DNA of 62,717 bases, counting the filler, from Octopus bimaculoides (taxonomy: Eukaryota): the NCBI RefSeq assembly GCF_001194135.2. It is 5 parts of 5 records of this genome, joined end to end, with 100 filler letters (N's around TTAATTAATTAA, not from the genome) between each part and the next. Parts side by side here need not be neighbours in the genome. Positions count along the whole stretch, not along the records: positions 9,145 to 19,539 come from NC_068994.1; positions 19,640 to 27,357 come from NC_068985.1; 3 more parts are not named here. One strand, written 5' to 3'. Each line of letters begins with the position of its first letter. The stretch's first letter is position 1. This document shows positions 13,270 to 25,783 of this stretch, in pieces. A program made the position numbers and the translations under genes. The notes beneath the pieces are model-generated. The model had not been told where the DNA came from and ran no database searches. It saw only the letters and a program-made list of their open reading frames with translations.

Positions 13270-13568
13270 TAATGTATACTACATACCAGAGCACGCACAC
13301 ACGCGCCGCGCGCGCAGAGAGTCATACATTTTGTGTTATTTTAGTTTATGCCGTGTGAACACACTCATCTTGAGTGGGCGGGGTTTTGACTACTAATCGT
13401 GAAGAAACCAGCAATTACAATAATTCAAATATAACGTCTGCTTGTAGACAACGAAAAATACCTCCATTTCTATTTACCTTTTCCCACTTTTACTTCCTAA
13501 CTTTGTATCATCCACAAAGCGCTCTCTATCTCTTTCTCATTCTCTCTGTAGCTAGCTAGACACACAGG

Positions 13569-13603
<35 letters not shown>

Positions 13604-13604
13604 G

Positions 13605-13652
<48 letters not shown>

Positions 13653-13982
13653 GCTAGCTAGCTAGCTAGCTAGTTGTCTGCTTGTCTTTCTAACTAGTTA
13701 TGCATGTATGTATGTATGTATCTGTCTGTCTGTCTAGTTACCTATGTATGTATGTATGTATGTATGTATGTATGTATGTATGTATGTATGTNNNNNNNNN
13801 NNNNNNNNNNNNNNNNNNNNNNNNNNNNNNNNNNNNNNNNNNNNNNNNNNNNNNNNNNNNNNNNNNNNNNNNNNNNNNNNNNNNNNNNNNNNNNNNNNNN
13901 NNNNNNNNNNNNNNNNNNNNNNNNNNNNNNNNNNNNNNNNNNNNNNNNNNNNNNNNNNNNNNNNNNNNNNNNNNNNNNNNNN

Positions 13983-14051
<69 letters not shown>

Positions 14052-14159
14052 CCTACCTACCTACCCATCCATTCATTCCATCCATCCGTTCGTCAGTCCG
14101 TCTCTCTGTGTGTCTGCCTGTCAGTATGTATGCATGTCTGTCTGTGTTTCTCTGCCCCC

Positions 14160-14234
<75 letters not shown>

Positions 14235-14559
14235 GTGTTTTTCGTTCTATCTATCTTACAATGTATCTTTCTATCTCTCTTTGTTTGTGTGTGTCATTTT
14301 GTTTGTATATCCGTGTACGGATATATGAACGAGGTTTTAAATTTCGACTTTTGTCCTCTGTGTAGAAAGAACCAATTTCTAGTCTAAACACATGATTTTT
14401 TTTTTATTGGAATAAATTCCAATATCAACTAGGTAATTTTAAATTCTGTAGTTATGACTTTATGTATGTATATATGCATACATATATACACATGTTTATA
14501 CATGCATGCACATGAGTTTGCATGCACATATGTATGTATGTAAGCGCAGGCATAAATAT

Positions 14560-14850
14560 TTTTGTAACTGTAATCGTCTGCTTAGGCGTGTTCTTTCTGG
14601 TTTAGTGAATCCCAGCTTCTCAAGATTGATATCGAGGCTTTTAGCCGCGTAGCTAACTGTTCGAATAATTATTGGTTTGCTACAAATCTAAAATGATAGT
14701 CTAGATAGAACAACTGCAGATTTGTCATCAGTTCAACATAGATATTTTATTTTTATCTAATCTTTAGCATCATATCCACATCTGTTAGGCAATTGATTTC
14801 AATAACAGGATATAGTTTCTTTTCTCCGTCCCAGATCATTATGCCTGCTT
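14560..14850 (-). pseudogene. Restriction-like endonuclease (PD-D/ExK) fragment of an R4/Dong-like LINE
   Basis: NKAGIMIWDGEKKLYPVIEINCLTDVDMMLKIR*K*NIYVELMTNLQLFYLDYHF resembles the NxPDIxIxD...IDVxCP.D.N...K..EK...Y..L motif. Confidence 0.55.
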
Positions 14851-15875
14851 TGTTAAATGTGTGTATGTATGTATGTATGTATGTATGTATGTATATATGT
14901 ATGTATGTATGTATGTATGGGTGTATGTATGCATGCATGCATGTATGTATGTATGGATGGATGCATGCATGCATGGATGCATGCATGCATGCATGCATGT
15001 ATTGTCCCATCAACTATCAATATGGGACTAGTAGAATTTTTCTTCTTTTTGACCTCCTGAAACCATAAAGTTATTATAAAATGTATGAGGTTCTATTTGC
15101 GAATCACATTCCTCTGCTTGTATAGCCAAAAGGTCAATGTCCAAGGATTTTCAAGTTTGAAACTTTTCTTAATTGTAGAACATTGATTTCCACAGCTCTG
15201 AACTACCCCTTGAAACATGAATTTCCATTTTGAGCCATTTTCAGGGGATGAAAATTTATATTTAGAAGAGATTTAAATGCTGTATTTCTACATTTCTTTA
15301 CTCAAAGACAAGTGTAGTTTCAGAATATATATAGGTTTATATAGTTTCAAATTAGTGATAAAAAGATTGTAGTATATTGCCACTTAAGTGTGGCTGACAT
15401 GTATAAACATGTGTATATATGTATGCCTATATACATACATAAAAGATTATTCTGGTTCAAAATTGAGTAAGTGAATTCATGTGTTCTATTAAGATGTCAG
15501 ACCTTACAGTAAGATTAGAAAAGATGGGATGCTCAGAAACTAGTCTGCAGATGCCATACCAGCAAGGGGAAACTGCTGACCTCCCCTGTTCGAAGGTTAT
15601 AAAGGACACAGGTTTCGTGTGTCACATAGCTAGCTAGAGGCGATGGCTTCTTGGCGCTAATTCACGGCAGCTTTCGTCCTAATTTTGGGACTGCCATGTT
15701 GGCTTGGCGATAACTATTAATTTCCAGTACCGCTGCCGTAGTCTCCTTTAGAGAGACTTAGAAATATTAATAACTCTAAGTAATAGTTGCCTAAACTTTT
15801 TTAAAATTATTTTTTATATCATAGTGGATAAATTCGAATCGATTTTACTCTTTTAAAGGGAATTTAGATCAGATC

Positions 15876-16750
15876 CATATCTGCATGTTGTATGAATTCA
15901 AAAGGTGGTTTTCAGCAATAGAAGAGGCAAGAAGTATTTGTTCTGTCTACGGTGATTTTGCCAATTTTGCTCGGAAAATTTTTCTCTTGCAGAACTCCCT
16001 CGATTTGGACGAACGAGTTTTGAGCTGAAAACCATAGTTAAGGAAAATTCAAAGCAAACTGCGCGAGAATTAGAAAATAAATTCCATTCAAGTCAAACTT
16101 CGATAATAAAACACTATTAGAAACTAGAAAACGTGTGTAAACTTGGTCATCATCTAACTACTTCTTAGATTAAATAATGAGAAAAGATTTGCTGCCGAAC
16201 CTTTCCTGGGCCGAATCATCACAAGTGGGGAAAATGGGTTCTCTCTCAGCATATCCAACGAAAGCGACAATGGTTAGCACTCAATGAAAGGGAGAATCCA
16301 CTCCCAAACCAGGACTACCCCCGAAAAAAATTATATTTTCTTTTTGGTGAGATATGCAAGGTATCATCTATCATGAAGCGTTAAACCAAAACAAAACAGT
16401 AATACGGAGAAGTATCGTTGTCAATTGGAAGGATTGCACAAAATTTACAAAAACAGTGGCCATCACTGGTCAATCCTAAAAGGATATTGCACTTACACGA
16501 TAACGCAAAACCACATATTACCCAAGTCACTCAGAAAAAGATTATGGTACTAAAGATAGAAGTTTTGCTCAGCCTCCTTCTCCTTCTGACCTTGCTCCAT
16601 TTGACTATCATCTTTTCCAATCATTGATACCTTATTTAAAGTGGAAAAAGTTTAATAATTGTGAAGAAGTTAAAATTGATATATAGTGTTTCTCTGCTTC
16701 TGAACTCGGATAATTTTACGCACGCGGGATCAATAAGTTACCAAGTAGGT
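15876..16750 (+). mobile_element. Older degenerate mariner transposase relic
   Basis: Start resembles H..LYEFK; contains LHLHDNAKPH (about 16490-16516) and PSDLAPFDYHLF (about 16580-16615). Many frameshifts. Confidence 0.75.
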
Positions 16751-16789
16751 AGTATTAAATTATCAATTTGTCCTAGGTATGGCTTTAAA

Positions 16790-17130
16790 ATGCATCAGGT
16801 AGAGGGGCCTGGTTCGGTAGTTCTAGGCTTTTGAGGAGAGCAGAACCATCTCACAGCCATTATTGCACCCGCCAGGGTCCCTGCTATGGGCTAATTAGCA
16901 TATTATGAAAAAAACAAAAAACTTCAAGCTCAAACATTCACTGCTTTAGGAAAGGAAAAGGCAAGGGAGTCGACCTCGACAGCAAATCAAAGTGTGGAGT
17001 CCCTCAGGCTGTCGGATGTCCTCTTTGAGATCCTTCCGGAAGCTCTAGGATAAGTAGAGCTCTTCAACCCTGAGAGGGCTGGAGAAGGTCACTCCAATGT
17101 AACACCTACAACTTGCTGGTCGCCGCAGTT
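16790..17130 (+). mobile_element. Possible 5' UTR-like segment of an RTE-type retrotransposon
   Basis: GC-richer island containing GTAGAGCTC.TCAACCCTGAGAGGGC..GGAGAAGG, which resembles RTE 5' UTRs as I recall them. No coding confirmation. Confidence 0.25.
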
Positions 17131-18289
17131 GTTTTGGTCCGCTCAACCACTGTAGTCAGATCTCCAAGTCTAAAGAGAGAGATAAGATTATGCGGACTAA
17201 TTGTCACTTTAAAAGTACAAAGCGCAGACAGGAAGAAAAGTCCAGCAGTGTCAAAGATCGGTTTACATAAAAACTTGAAGGCGTGCCACTCTTCTTCATT
17301 ATCTTTGTTCTATGAGAAACTGCTATCATGTTATCAATAATGAGGGGAAATATCGTGATTAAATATATTAAGACCAGAAGAGTATTTGCTTCTTCCTCCA
17401 TCTTGGAATATGTATGCTTGTATGTATGTATGTATGTATGTATGTATGTATGTATGTATGTATGTATGTATGCATGCATGCATGTATGTGTGTATGCATG
17501 TATGTATATATGGATATATGTGTGCATGTATGTATGTCTATATATATAGACATACATATATATATATATATGTGTGTATGTATGTATGTGTGTATTTCTA
17601 AATATATTGATGAAGGAAGGAAGGAAGGAAGGTTGGATGAAAGGGAGGAAGGAAGGAAGTGTACATTGACGGGATTTAAATTCGGAACGTAAATATTAGT
17701 TAAAGTACATTTGGAATATAAAATGATTTGTTCTACAGACATTGCTGTGACAGAATACATCTGACTCTGAGGCCCATTTGTGTAGCTCGGAGTTGCGTTA
17801 CATTATTTATAGGAGAATCAAATTGTTCAAGAACAAATAGAGATTGTAAGTTTCGTCCATACTCTCCAAGGCTTTTACAATTATGGAAGCAAGTGGTTAA
17901 AAAGCGTAGTAGTTATGCCGTGCAAGATCCAAACTCTAGCTTGAAAAAGCGTATAAGTTTCTTTTTCCAACAGATTTTGGCGTATATATATATAGGAGAT
18001 AATCCTATGAAGGCATCCCTTACCTACTGTTTTTACGATTTTGTTTAGTTACAGTTGTCAAGAAGTAAATTTTACTGTAACAGTGCAGTCCCCGAAGAAA
18101 GTCGTCTAAAGTTTTAGCAAATTGATGACATCAAATAACAAGTTGATGCCCGGCAAGCATCTCATTTTTCGTTTTTACGCCGTAAGTCTGTAGCATGCAT
18201 AAGGCATTCATATGCGGTCACCGACACGTATTTCATTAAGTATCACTGTTTGTTTGGTTCTCTTCCACGGCACGGGACAATGAAATTCT

Positions 18290-19039
18290 GAAATTAAATT
18301 TTCCAAGGCATCACAAATATTACCCTATCTTTAACAAATGCTTTATAAAATTATCTTACTCTACCACGCCTAATTTGAGATCTATTATTGCATCCATAAA
18401 TAGAAGTAAACTCCAACTTCAAAAGTCTAAAAACTTAAATCATCGTAAGGTACCCCGTATAAGTCTGAATAATACAAATAAACCAAAAAAGCAATTCTAT
18501 TTAAATCTAAACGTAATCAATCTCAACTAAACGTAGGCCAACCAGATTCAACCTTAATAAATCCGAGTAAAACTATAGATAGGAGTGCAAAAACATGTAA
18601 TTGTAGGGTCTCCAAATCATGCCCGCTCACTGGATTCTGTTTACGTAAACATGTAATTTATAAATGCAGCGTGGCAAGTGACACACATCAAGCAAGGGTA
18701 TATATAGGAAGTACCATACATTTTAAGAGACGGTATAGAACCCACTTAAGTTCTTTCAATAAGCTAAAATACAAAAACTCAACGACACTAGCTAGGTATA
18801 TACATATCTAAAATTACAAAATATTAATTACACATTGTCTTAGTCTATTATAAGTGAGTCCCGCCTCCATCTACAATACAGTTATGGGTAGATGTAGAAT
18901 GTGCCTAAAAGAATCCTACACTATCCTTCGCCTATATAATCCTACTATACTAAATAAGTTTTCCGATGCTATTTATTCGTGTAATCACAAATATTACTTT
19001 TCTTTCATGAGATTTTATAAGCCCGAATGTACTAAATAA
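18290..19039 (+). mobile_element. Penelope-like element: RT thumb end, Cys-rich linker and GIY-YIG endonuclease relic
   Basis: FPRHHKYYPIFNKCFIKLSYSTTPNLRSII; CNCRVSKSCPLTGFCLRKHVIYKCSV; VYIGSTIHFKRRYRTHLSSF; CRMCLKE. Confidence 0.85.
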
Positions 19040-19085
19040 TTAGCCTCAGTAATTTCAATTGCACAACTTAATATCTTATTACCTA

Positions 19086-19493
19086 CTAGCAGTATAGCCC
19101 GGCTTTGCCCGGGATTAAGTTGGGATTATTAAGCTAATCAAGTTCTTTATTTTAAACCAAACTAAGTAATATGACGTCAAATTTGGGCAGAATCAGTGTT
19201 GCAACTGGAGTGCATGGGTTGAGAGTTTGATCGGCAGAGGTGATCAGGTTACACATGCCATCCCTTTGAAAACACCACCGCCATCATCTAACCCCTCTTT
19301 GCTCATGGGTTAGGAACCCGGAGAACATTATTTTTCTTTGTGGTTGGGTCGTTGATGACCTCTTTCTAGCATATTTGATGTCCACCTAATGGTCATCTCT
19401 TATACACGTGTAATACAATCTTTTCTGAATTTTCAGATTTGTTATATGCTAGGCCACTTGGTTTTAAATTGAATTAATATTCAATTTATCATC

Positions 19494-19539
<46 letters not shown>
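19086..19539 (-). mobile_element. Non-autonomous Helitron, 3' terminal part (5' part lost at the spacer)
   Basis: Minus strand ends CCCGGGCAAAGCCGGG (hairpin)-CTATACTG-CTAG followed by T, the same terminus type as at 46439. Confidence 0.7.
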
Positions 19540-19639
19540 NNNNNNNNNNNNNNNNNNNNNNNNNNNNNNNNNNNNNNNNNNNNTTAATTAATTAANNNNN
19601 NNNNNNNNNNNNNNNNNNNNNNNNNNNNNNNNNNNNNNN
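19540..19639. other. Synthetic scaffold spacer N44-TTAATTAATTAA-N44
   Basis: Same 100-nt structure. Confidence 0.95.
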
Positions 19640-20065
19640 AACCCAGTTTCTACAAAAACTGCTCACCGGGAACTGCAGAAAGCCGGATTTTACGGGAGAG
19701 CTGCAATAAGAAAACTACTACTTTCAAAAACAAACGTTGCAAAGCGTTTAGAGTGGGGTAAAAACCTACCGAATTGGTCTCTAGATTAGTGGAAGAATGT
19801 TACTTTCTCGGACGAGTCATCCTTTACCTTATTTCCGAGCACCGATCGTGGATACGTGTGGAGACAGCCAAAAGAAGCATCTGACCTAGACTTCCTTCTT
19901 CGAACTGTTACACATGGAGGAGGATCTGTGATGATCTGGTGGAAGGGGTGGGGGCTATATCTTAGAAAGTCGGCCCAAGAGTTTCCCTTCATGGCAGAAT
20001 AATAGTCAAGACTATTTAAGCATTCTATCTGATCAAATTCATCCTATGGTTGCAGAACTGTTTCC
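19640..20065 (+). mobile_element. Tc1-family transposase fragment
   Basis: VSTKTAHRELQKAGFYGRAAIRK...W.NVTFSDESSF...VTHGGGSVMIW, with the first catalytic Asp in FSDES. Confidence 0.85.
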
Positions 20066-20408
20066 GGAGAGAAACAGCCTTACGTTATACACTCGGACTC
20101 AAGTTTCTGCAGGGTTATCCGTCCTCAGCGTGTCTTAATCGTCACTGGAAAAGAATATAGTATTTTGCGAGTGGGGTGAGTTTTCATCACTAGTTGGGTT
20201 TTATTTTTCTTATTTGTAAATATTGAACTAATGTTTGTTGATGCAAAAACATGAAATTAAAGGAAACCTGATTTTATTTTTCAATGCAAAACATCGAAAC
20301 TACATAGTGTAGACATAGACATATTTGCAAAGTCATGAACTCTGAGGCACACACACACACACTTTTTCAACTTTAATAAATCCTTTCTACAGAAAGCACA
20401 AAACTCAG

Positions 20409-20579
20409 ATTTTGGGGGAAGTGTTTAAATAGATTACATCGACCACAGTACGTAACTGGTACTAATTTTATGGACGACGAGAGGCAATGTCAACGGGATT
20501 CGAACTCAAAACCTAACGGTAGACGAAATACCGTTAAGCATTTCGCCCGGTGTGCTAACGATTCTGCCAGCTCGCCACC
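20409..20579 (-). mobile_element. SINE family A
   Basis: Reverse complement starts GGTGGCGAGCTGGCAGAATCGTTAGCACACCGGGCGAAATGCTTAACG. Confidence 0.85.
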
Positions 20580-20699
20580 TTAATATAACATAATAATATA
20601 GTATAATATAATAAATGTGAATATCAGTGTATCATACTTTTTCAGCTGTACTCCTAGAGGCCATAGTCCAAAATATCGTACCATTTTGGAATCAAACTG

Positions 20700-21000
20700 A
20701 CTTCGTTAGTAAATTAAAAACAGTTCGGGTCGAATCCGGACCCACAATTCTGAAATCCTGGATTCCCAAGTTTTCATTACTGTGATTGTTTAGGGCAATT
20801 TTTTTACGTGACTTTTTGCGATAACTTTTTTTTTTTTTCTGTGTGATAATTTTTTTATAATCTAAAGGCCAACTCTGTGAGTAAATTAAAAACAGTCCGG
20901 ACCGAATCCGGACCTGCAATCTTGAAATTTTGGAGTCCTATGTTTTCATTACTGCGATTGTTTTCGGCAATTTTTTTACATGATTCTTTTTTCTTTTTAG
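20700..21000. repeat. Two diverged tandem copies of an about 170-bp unit
   Basis: AAATTAAAAACAGT...GAATCCGGACC...GTTTTCATTACTG.GATTGTTT occurs at about 20710 and about 20882. Confidence 0.8.
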
Positions 21001-21025
21001 CGACGAATATGATCATCATTAGGAT

Positions 21026-21085
21026 ATGACTCTGGAGGAAGCAACTGCAACAAATTCTCCAAAACAATTCAGAGACTTGTTTGCA
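21026..21085 (+). pseudogene. Short Helitron RepHel fragment
   Basis: MTLEEATATNSPKQFRDLFA resembles the LxEA......PxQLRxLFA motif between Rep and helicase in canonical Helitrons. Very short. Confidence 0.4.
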
Positions 21086-21133
21086 GATTTTCCCATTCGA
21101 TCTCACCTGCTTAAAAGCTATGCACTAGCTTAA

Positions 21134-21890
21134 ATGCCGCCTGATAGTTTTTATTGTGAAGAGAAATAATACGAGTAATAAAAAGCTTTATAACGGTTTT
21201 GGCTACTATTTTTTACATGTAACGGTTTCGAAACCCAGTTAGATATAATTGTGACTCGTTCATAACCATAAACGTTCTTCTTTTATGTATTTTATCATAA
21301 CATGTTTGGCCATAGATATATTCATAAATAATCTTAATTATGTATAATATATCCTCCATAATTTTATATTTCTTATATTAATTTCTAATTATTTAATTTC
21401 TCCCGACTCATATCTGGTGATTTTGCTGTGGCTCGAATTTACCGGTATTTTCACATAAACGCTGTGCATGGCATTTGAATTCAAAACTTGAATGTGTAGA
21501 TAGAGGCTGAATCATTTTTCTTGCCGGTTGGTATTCATGCTAGCCCCAAGGTAAAGTCTTGCTTTGATTTCTATCTATACGAATATTTCCTCTGACGAGA
21601 TGAATGGTTCCCTTAAGAGGTCCCTAACGTCGAAAGTCCAATATGGAATTAACCAGTTATTTTTAAGATGTGAATTCTATTTATCATGTCGCCCGCAGAC
21701 AGATTTTATTGTGAAGAGAAATAATATGACTAATAAAATGGCTTTATAGCGGTTTTGGCTGCTATTTTTAACATGTAACGGTTTTAAAACCCTCTGAGTT
21801 ATAATTTTGACTTGCACGTAATTATAAACGTTCTTCCTCTATATATTTTCTGATAAAATGTCTGGCCATTGATATATTCATAAATAATCC
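21134..21890 (+). repeat. Dispersed direct repeat, about 200 bp (21134-21335 and 21686-21890)
   Basis: Both copies share TTTTATTGTGAAGAGAAATAATA...CGGTTTTGGCT.CTATTTTT.ACATGTAACGGTTT...GATATATTCATAAATAATC. Confidence 0.8.
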
Positions 21891-22474
21891 TACACGCAGT
21901 CATCACATACGGTTAAAATTAGGGTTATTGATGTGTTTTGTTTCTCTTTTTTCCCCTGATGAGACGATCGCACTGTTTTGCATTATTTTAATCCCTCTGG
22001 AATAAAACCAATGTTTCCTTCGAAACATATGTCGGAAGTATAAAGACTTGAATAACACCTGCGTTTAACTCTTCTTCATTATTTATGTGCATATATATAN
22101 NNNNNNNNNNNNNNNNNNNNNNNNNNNNNNNNNNNNNNNNNNNNNNNNNNNNNNNNNNNNNNNNNNNNNNNNNNNNNNNNNNNNNNNNNNNNNNNNNNNN
22201 NNNNNNNNTAAATATATATACATATCTTTGTGTCTGTGCTTGTGTGTGTGTGTATGTGTGTTTAGTGTTGACTGTTAGAACCTCCAGAGTAGCAAAGGTC
22301 TGACTCAAACAAAAGAAAAATATTTTTCATCTCTATTATGGTAAAAATGATGAAAAACATGTTTCTTTTGTTTGTGTCAGACTCTTGCTACCTGGATTTT
22401 CACCTGTATGTTTACAAGTTCATCAGGCATGTTATCACACACACACATTCATCCATACACACACATTCATCCAT

Positions 22475-22508
<34 letters not shown>

Positions 22509-23241
22509 GAGTGTGTATGTGCATGCATGTATAAGAGTCTGTATGTATGCATCTATGTATGTATGTACGTATGTATGCATGTATGTATTCATTTATGGGT
22601 AATGCAAATGTGAAATCTAAATGCTATTGACAAATGAATTTCACTTATGGATTTTGTTTTGAATGCGGCGTCTCAAGAAACAAGATCCGTCATATTATTT
22701 AGTTTCTTAGTATCAGACGTTTGTTTATTAGTTTTCGTAGACTTCAGTATTGCACATTACAATGTAAGAAAAAATATTCTTGTTTTATCTTTTCACCGAG
22801 AGAACAGTTTCTTTTGTTTATTTTATTTTTGTTTGTGTTCTGTGACATTTTGCTTGTGGCTGAATTTGTCTGATGTTGATTTGATTTCTTCTGTAGTTTG
22901 CTTTTGTTCATGTGTCTACACATATTGGATAAACGGGTTATCAGTAAACACACACACACACACAGACACACACACACATACACACACACACAAGAAAACA
23001 AATAACGAAACCATTTGTTATACAAAATCGGTAATAAGTTAGCTATTATAAAGTTCAGAGAATAATTTACTTCATCTCTTACGCATGTTTCTAGCAACAT
23101 CTCATTTTGTAAAAATAAGTAAGCAATGGTGTAGAAGAGTCGATTGAAGCATACTAAATGCGTGTCTGGTATTTTGTTTTGTCGACTTCAGTGGCACTTC
23201 AACATAGAAGTGCAAGTCACACCAATATATACATGGGTAAG

Positions 23242-23450
23242 GGCGGCGAGCAGGCAGAATCGTTAGCACGCCGGGCAAAATGCTTAACGACATTTCGTCC
23301 GTCTCTACATTCTGTATTTATTCCTCCGAGGTTGACTTTGCTTTTTATCTTTTCGGGGTCGATAAATTAAGTACCACTCTGTTGATTACTAGGATCGATG
23401 TAATCAGCTTACCCTTCCCCCAAAAATTGCTGGCATTGTGCCAAAATTTT
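23242..23450 (+). mobile_element. SINE family A, near full length
   Basis: GGCGGCGAGCAGGCAGAATCGTTAGCACGCCGGGCAAAATGCTTAACG...CGGGGTCGATAAATTAAGTACCA. Confidence 0.85.
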
Positions 23451-24584
23451 AAACGTGGGTAGATGCGCGAAGAAAAGAAGGAAAATATGCAAACAGAAGG
23501 CCAGTTCAGATTTGTTTGAGAAGCATTCGAACCTGTACAAGCTTTCACTGCAGCTTGTTAGAGAGAGAGACGAAATTCTAGTTTAAGACAAAAAAGGTGT
23601 TAAAACGCCGTAGTCACTTCAGAGCGCTCTCTATTGGACTCTTGGATGCATTTCGAATTTATTTGTTCTCTTCAATAGCAGATACCAAGTGAGGCAACTC
23701 TGAGCTGATTAGGGAATAAAGTTTGTTTATAGTAAGTTAGTAAATTATTTTCTTTGTTGATTGCGCAGACTAGATGCCAAGCCGGAAAAAGTATGTAAAG
23801 CAATGAAGAAAAGCATACAAAATTAAGTCCAGTTATACAATGTTTTAAAGATATTTAAACCTGTAAAGACTATTCACTATGGTGCTATACCACAACTTTG
23901 TCCTAAGAGACAGTATTTTCTCCGCGACAATCTGCAGTGGAAATCCTTTACAGGTTCAAAACTTTCTCAAACAAAATGTTTGAGCTAGTCTGAAGTTTAC
24001 ATAAACATATTTAAAGATACTTAAGGAGACGTAAATACAAGTACAGATTCGTAACTAAAAAGTGCAATGTAAAACTAAATTAACACAGACCTGCACTTTC
24101 AGCCAAGCTACTTCCATCATATAATAATATCTAATTCTACCTCTCAAGAAAGTATGCAGTAAAGTTAACAGATATGAGTAGAATACTGGTATCTAACAGA
24201 TCGACTACAGTGAGATGTGAACTGAGAATGCAGAGAAGTAAATAAATATTATAGAATGATTTTTTTTTTTTTTGGTGCACCACAGTCTCTAGCGTCTACT
24301 GAAAAATATTGGTATCAAATTTTGGTACAAGTCCAGCAGTTTTTTGGGGAGGTGGCTAGTCGATACAATCGACCCAAGAACGAAAGAGAAGATGGAAGAG
24401 GAAATGATAATGAGGAGAAGTAGGAAGGACAAAGAGGAGAAGTGGGTTGGAAATGAAGTTGAGGATAGATAAGGAGAACAAGCGGGTAAAAACGATTAAA
24501 ACAAAAAAAGACATAATAAAAAGAGGACAATAATAAGTATTAAATGATGATTATGATGATGATGGGGATTCCTAATTTTGTCAC

Positions 24585-24760
24585 TTGGCCAGCAATTTTG
24601 ATGGGAAGAGCAAGACAATTCCATTGATCCTAGCACGTCACTGATCTTATGTTATCAACGGTAAAGGGAACGATGGAAAAGATTTGACGTCGGTGGGATT
24701 TGATATCAGTACTTAAAAAGTTGGAAGAAATGCCGCGAAGCAGTTTTTCTGATGCTGTAC
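24585..24760 (-). mobile_element. Degenerate SINE family A
   Basis: GGCCAGCAATTTTG.TGGGAAGAG...ATTCCATTGATCC is similar to the family A tail. Confidence 0.45.
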
Positions 24761-24864
24761 AAAATAATAATAATAAAAATTTCTATCATATTGACAAACA
24801 TACACATCTTGAAGAACGAAACACTTTCCCAGAAAACATGTTGACAGGCACTTTAATGTTTCTT

Positions 24865-25100
24865 TTACAGGGGGTGCGTTGTATCCTTGAGGAAAACGCT
24901 TTATCAGTCCACTCAGATAGCAAGAATGTGTAGTACCTGTACTTCAAAGGACCAACTTTGTCACATTCTATGTCACACTAAATCCCTCTCAGAACTACGC
25001 GTGTCTATGGAGTTCTCAGCCATTTGGAAGTTAATTTGACAAACGGCCGTTCCTTGATCGGATTAACTGGAACCATCATCGTCGTAACCAACAGAGTGCT
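24865..25100 (+). mobile_element. SINE family D (CORE-like box, distinct tail)
   Basis: GCGTTGTATCCTTGAG...CAGTCCACTCAG box similar to family B, then a different tail (TTCAAAGGACCAACTTTGTCACATTCT...GATCGGATTAACTGGAACC). Confidence 0.55.
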
Positions 25101-25199
25101 AATACATACATACATACATACATGACTTGTTTCTCAACGTTGTATGGCACTGATATTTATGCTTACTAAACAAGATGGTTCATCAGAATTTCACATGAG

Positions 25200-25660
25200 A
25201 AGATGGTGTAGGGGAAAGCGATCTATGGATGTAAAGAACAATTTCTGACAAAACGAACGTGTATTGAAAGAGTAGCAAGAATACCCTAAAAGCTGATATG
25301 TATTCATTTCAGAAAAGCTTTTATCAGAATACCACTCTTGTATATCGGAAGTAGTATGTATACGTAAAAAAAAGAAAAAAGCATTGATACCAAAATTAAG
25401 TAGAGGAAAGACATAGGAATCAAAAAATACTGAAGAAAAATAATTAAAACGCAAAATTCTTAGATAGATATACACTCTAAAATCAGAAACTTGGAAGAGA
25501 ACTACCCTATAGGAAGTAACTGGGAGAGCATAAAACTGATAAATTACAAAACACAGAAATACAGAAGAAATTAGAAAAAATACTAAGGAAGACTAAGATA
25601 AATAGGCAAGCCTGAACTGAATGGTAAAAGTAGATGAGAGATATAAGTATCTTAGACATT
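25200..25660 (+). pseudogene. Highly degenerate LINE RT-like relic
   Basis: Only scattered motif-like peptides (FRKAFIRIP, KDIG, YKYL). Confidence 0.25.
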
Positions 25661-25703
25661 CCTAGATTGAAACTGTAGCTACAACACCAAACATTTGATG
25701 GTG

Positions 25704-25783
<80 letters not shown>

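Noticed and set aside
16800-16900. HDV-like ribozyme
   Set aside because: A P1-like pairing and CTAA are present, but P2, P3 and P1.1 could not be formed.
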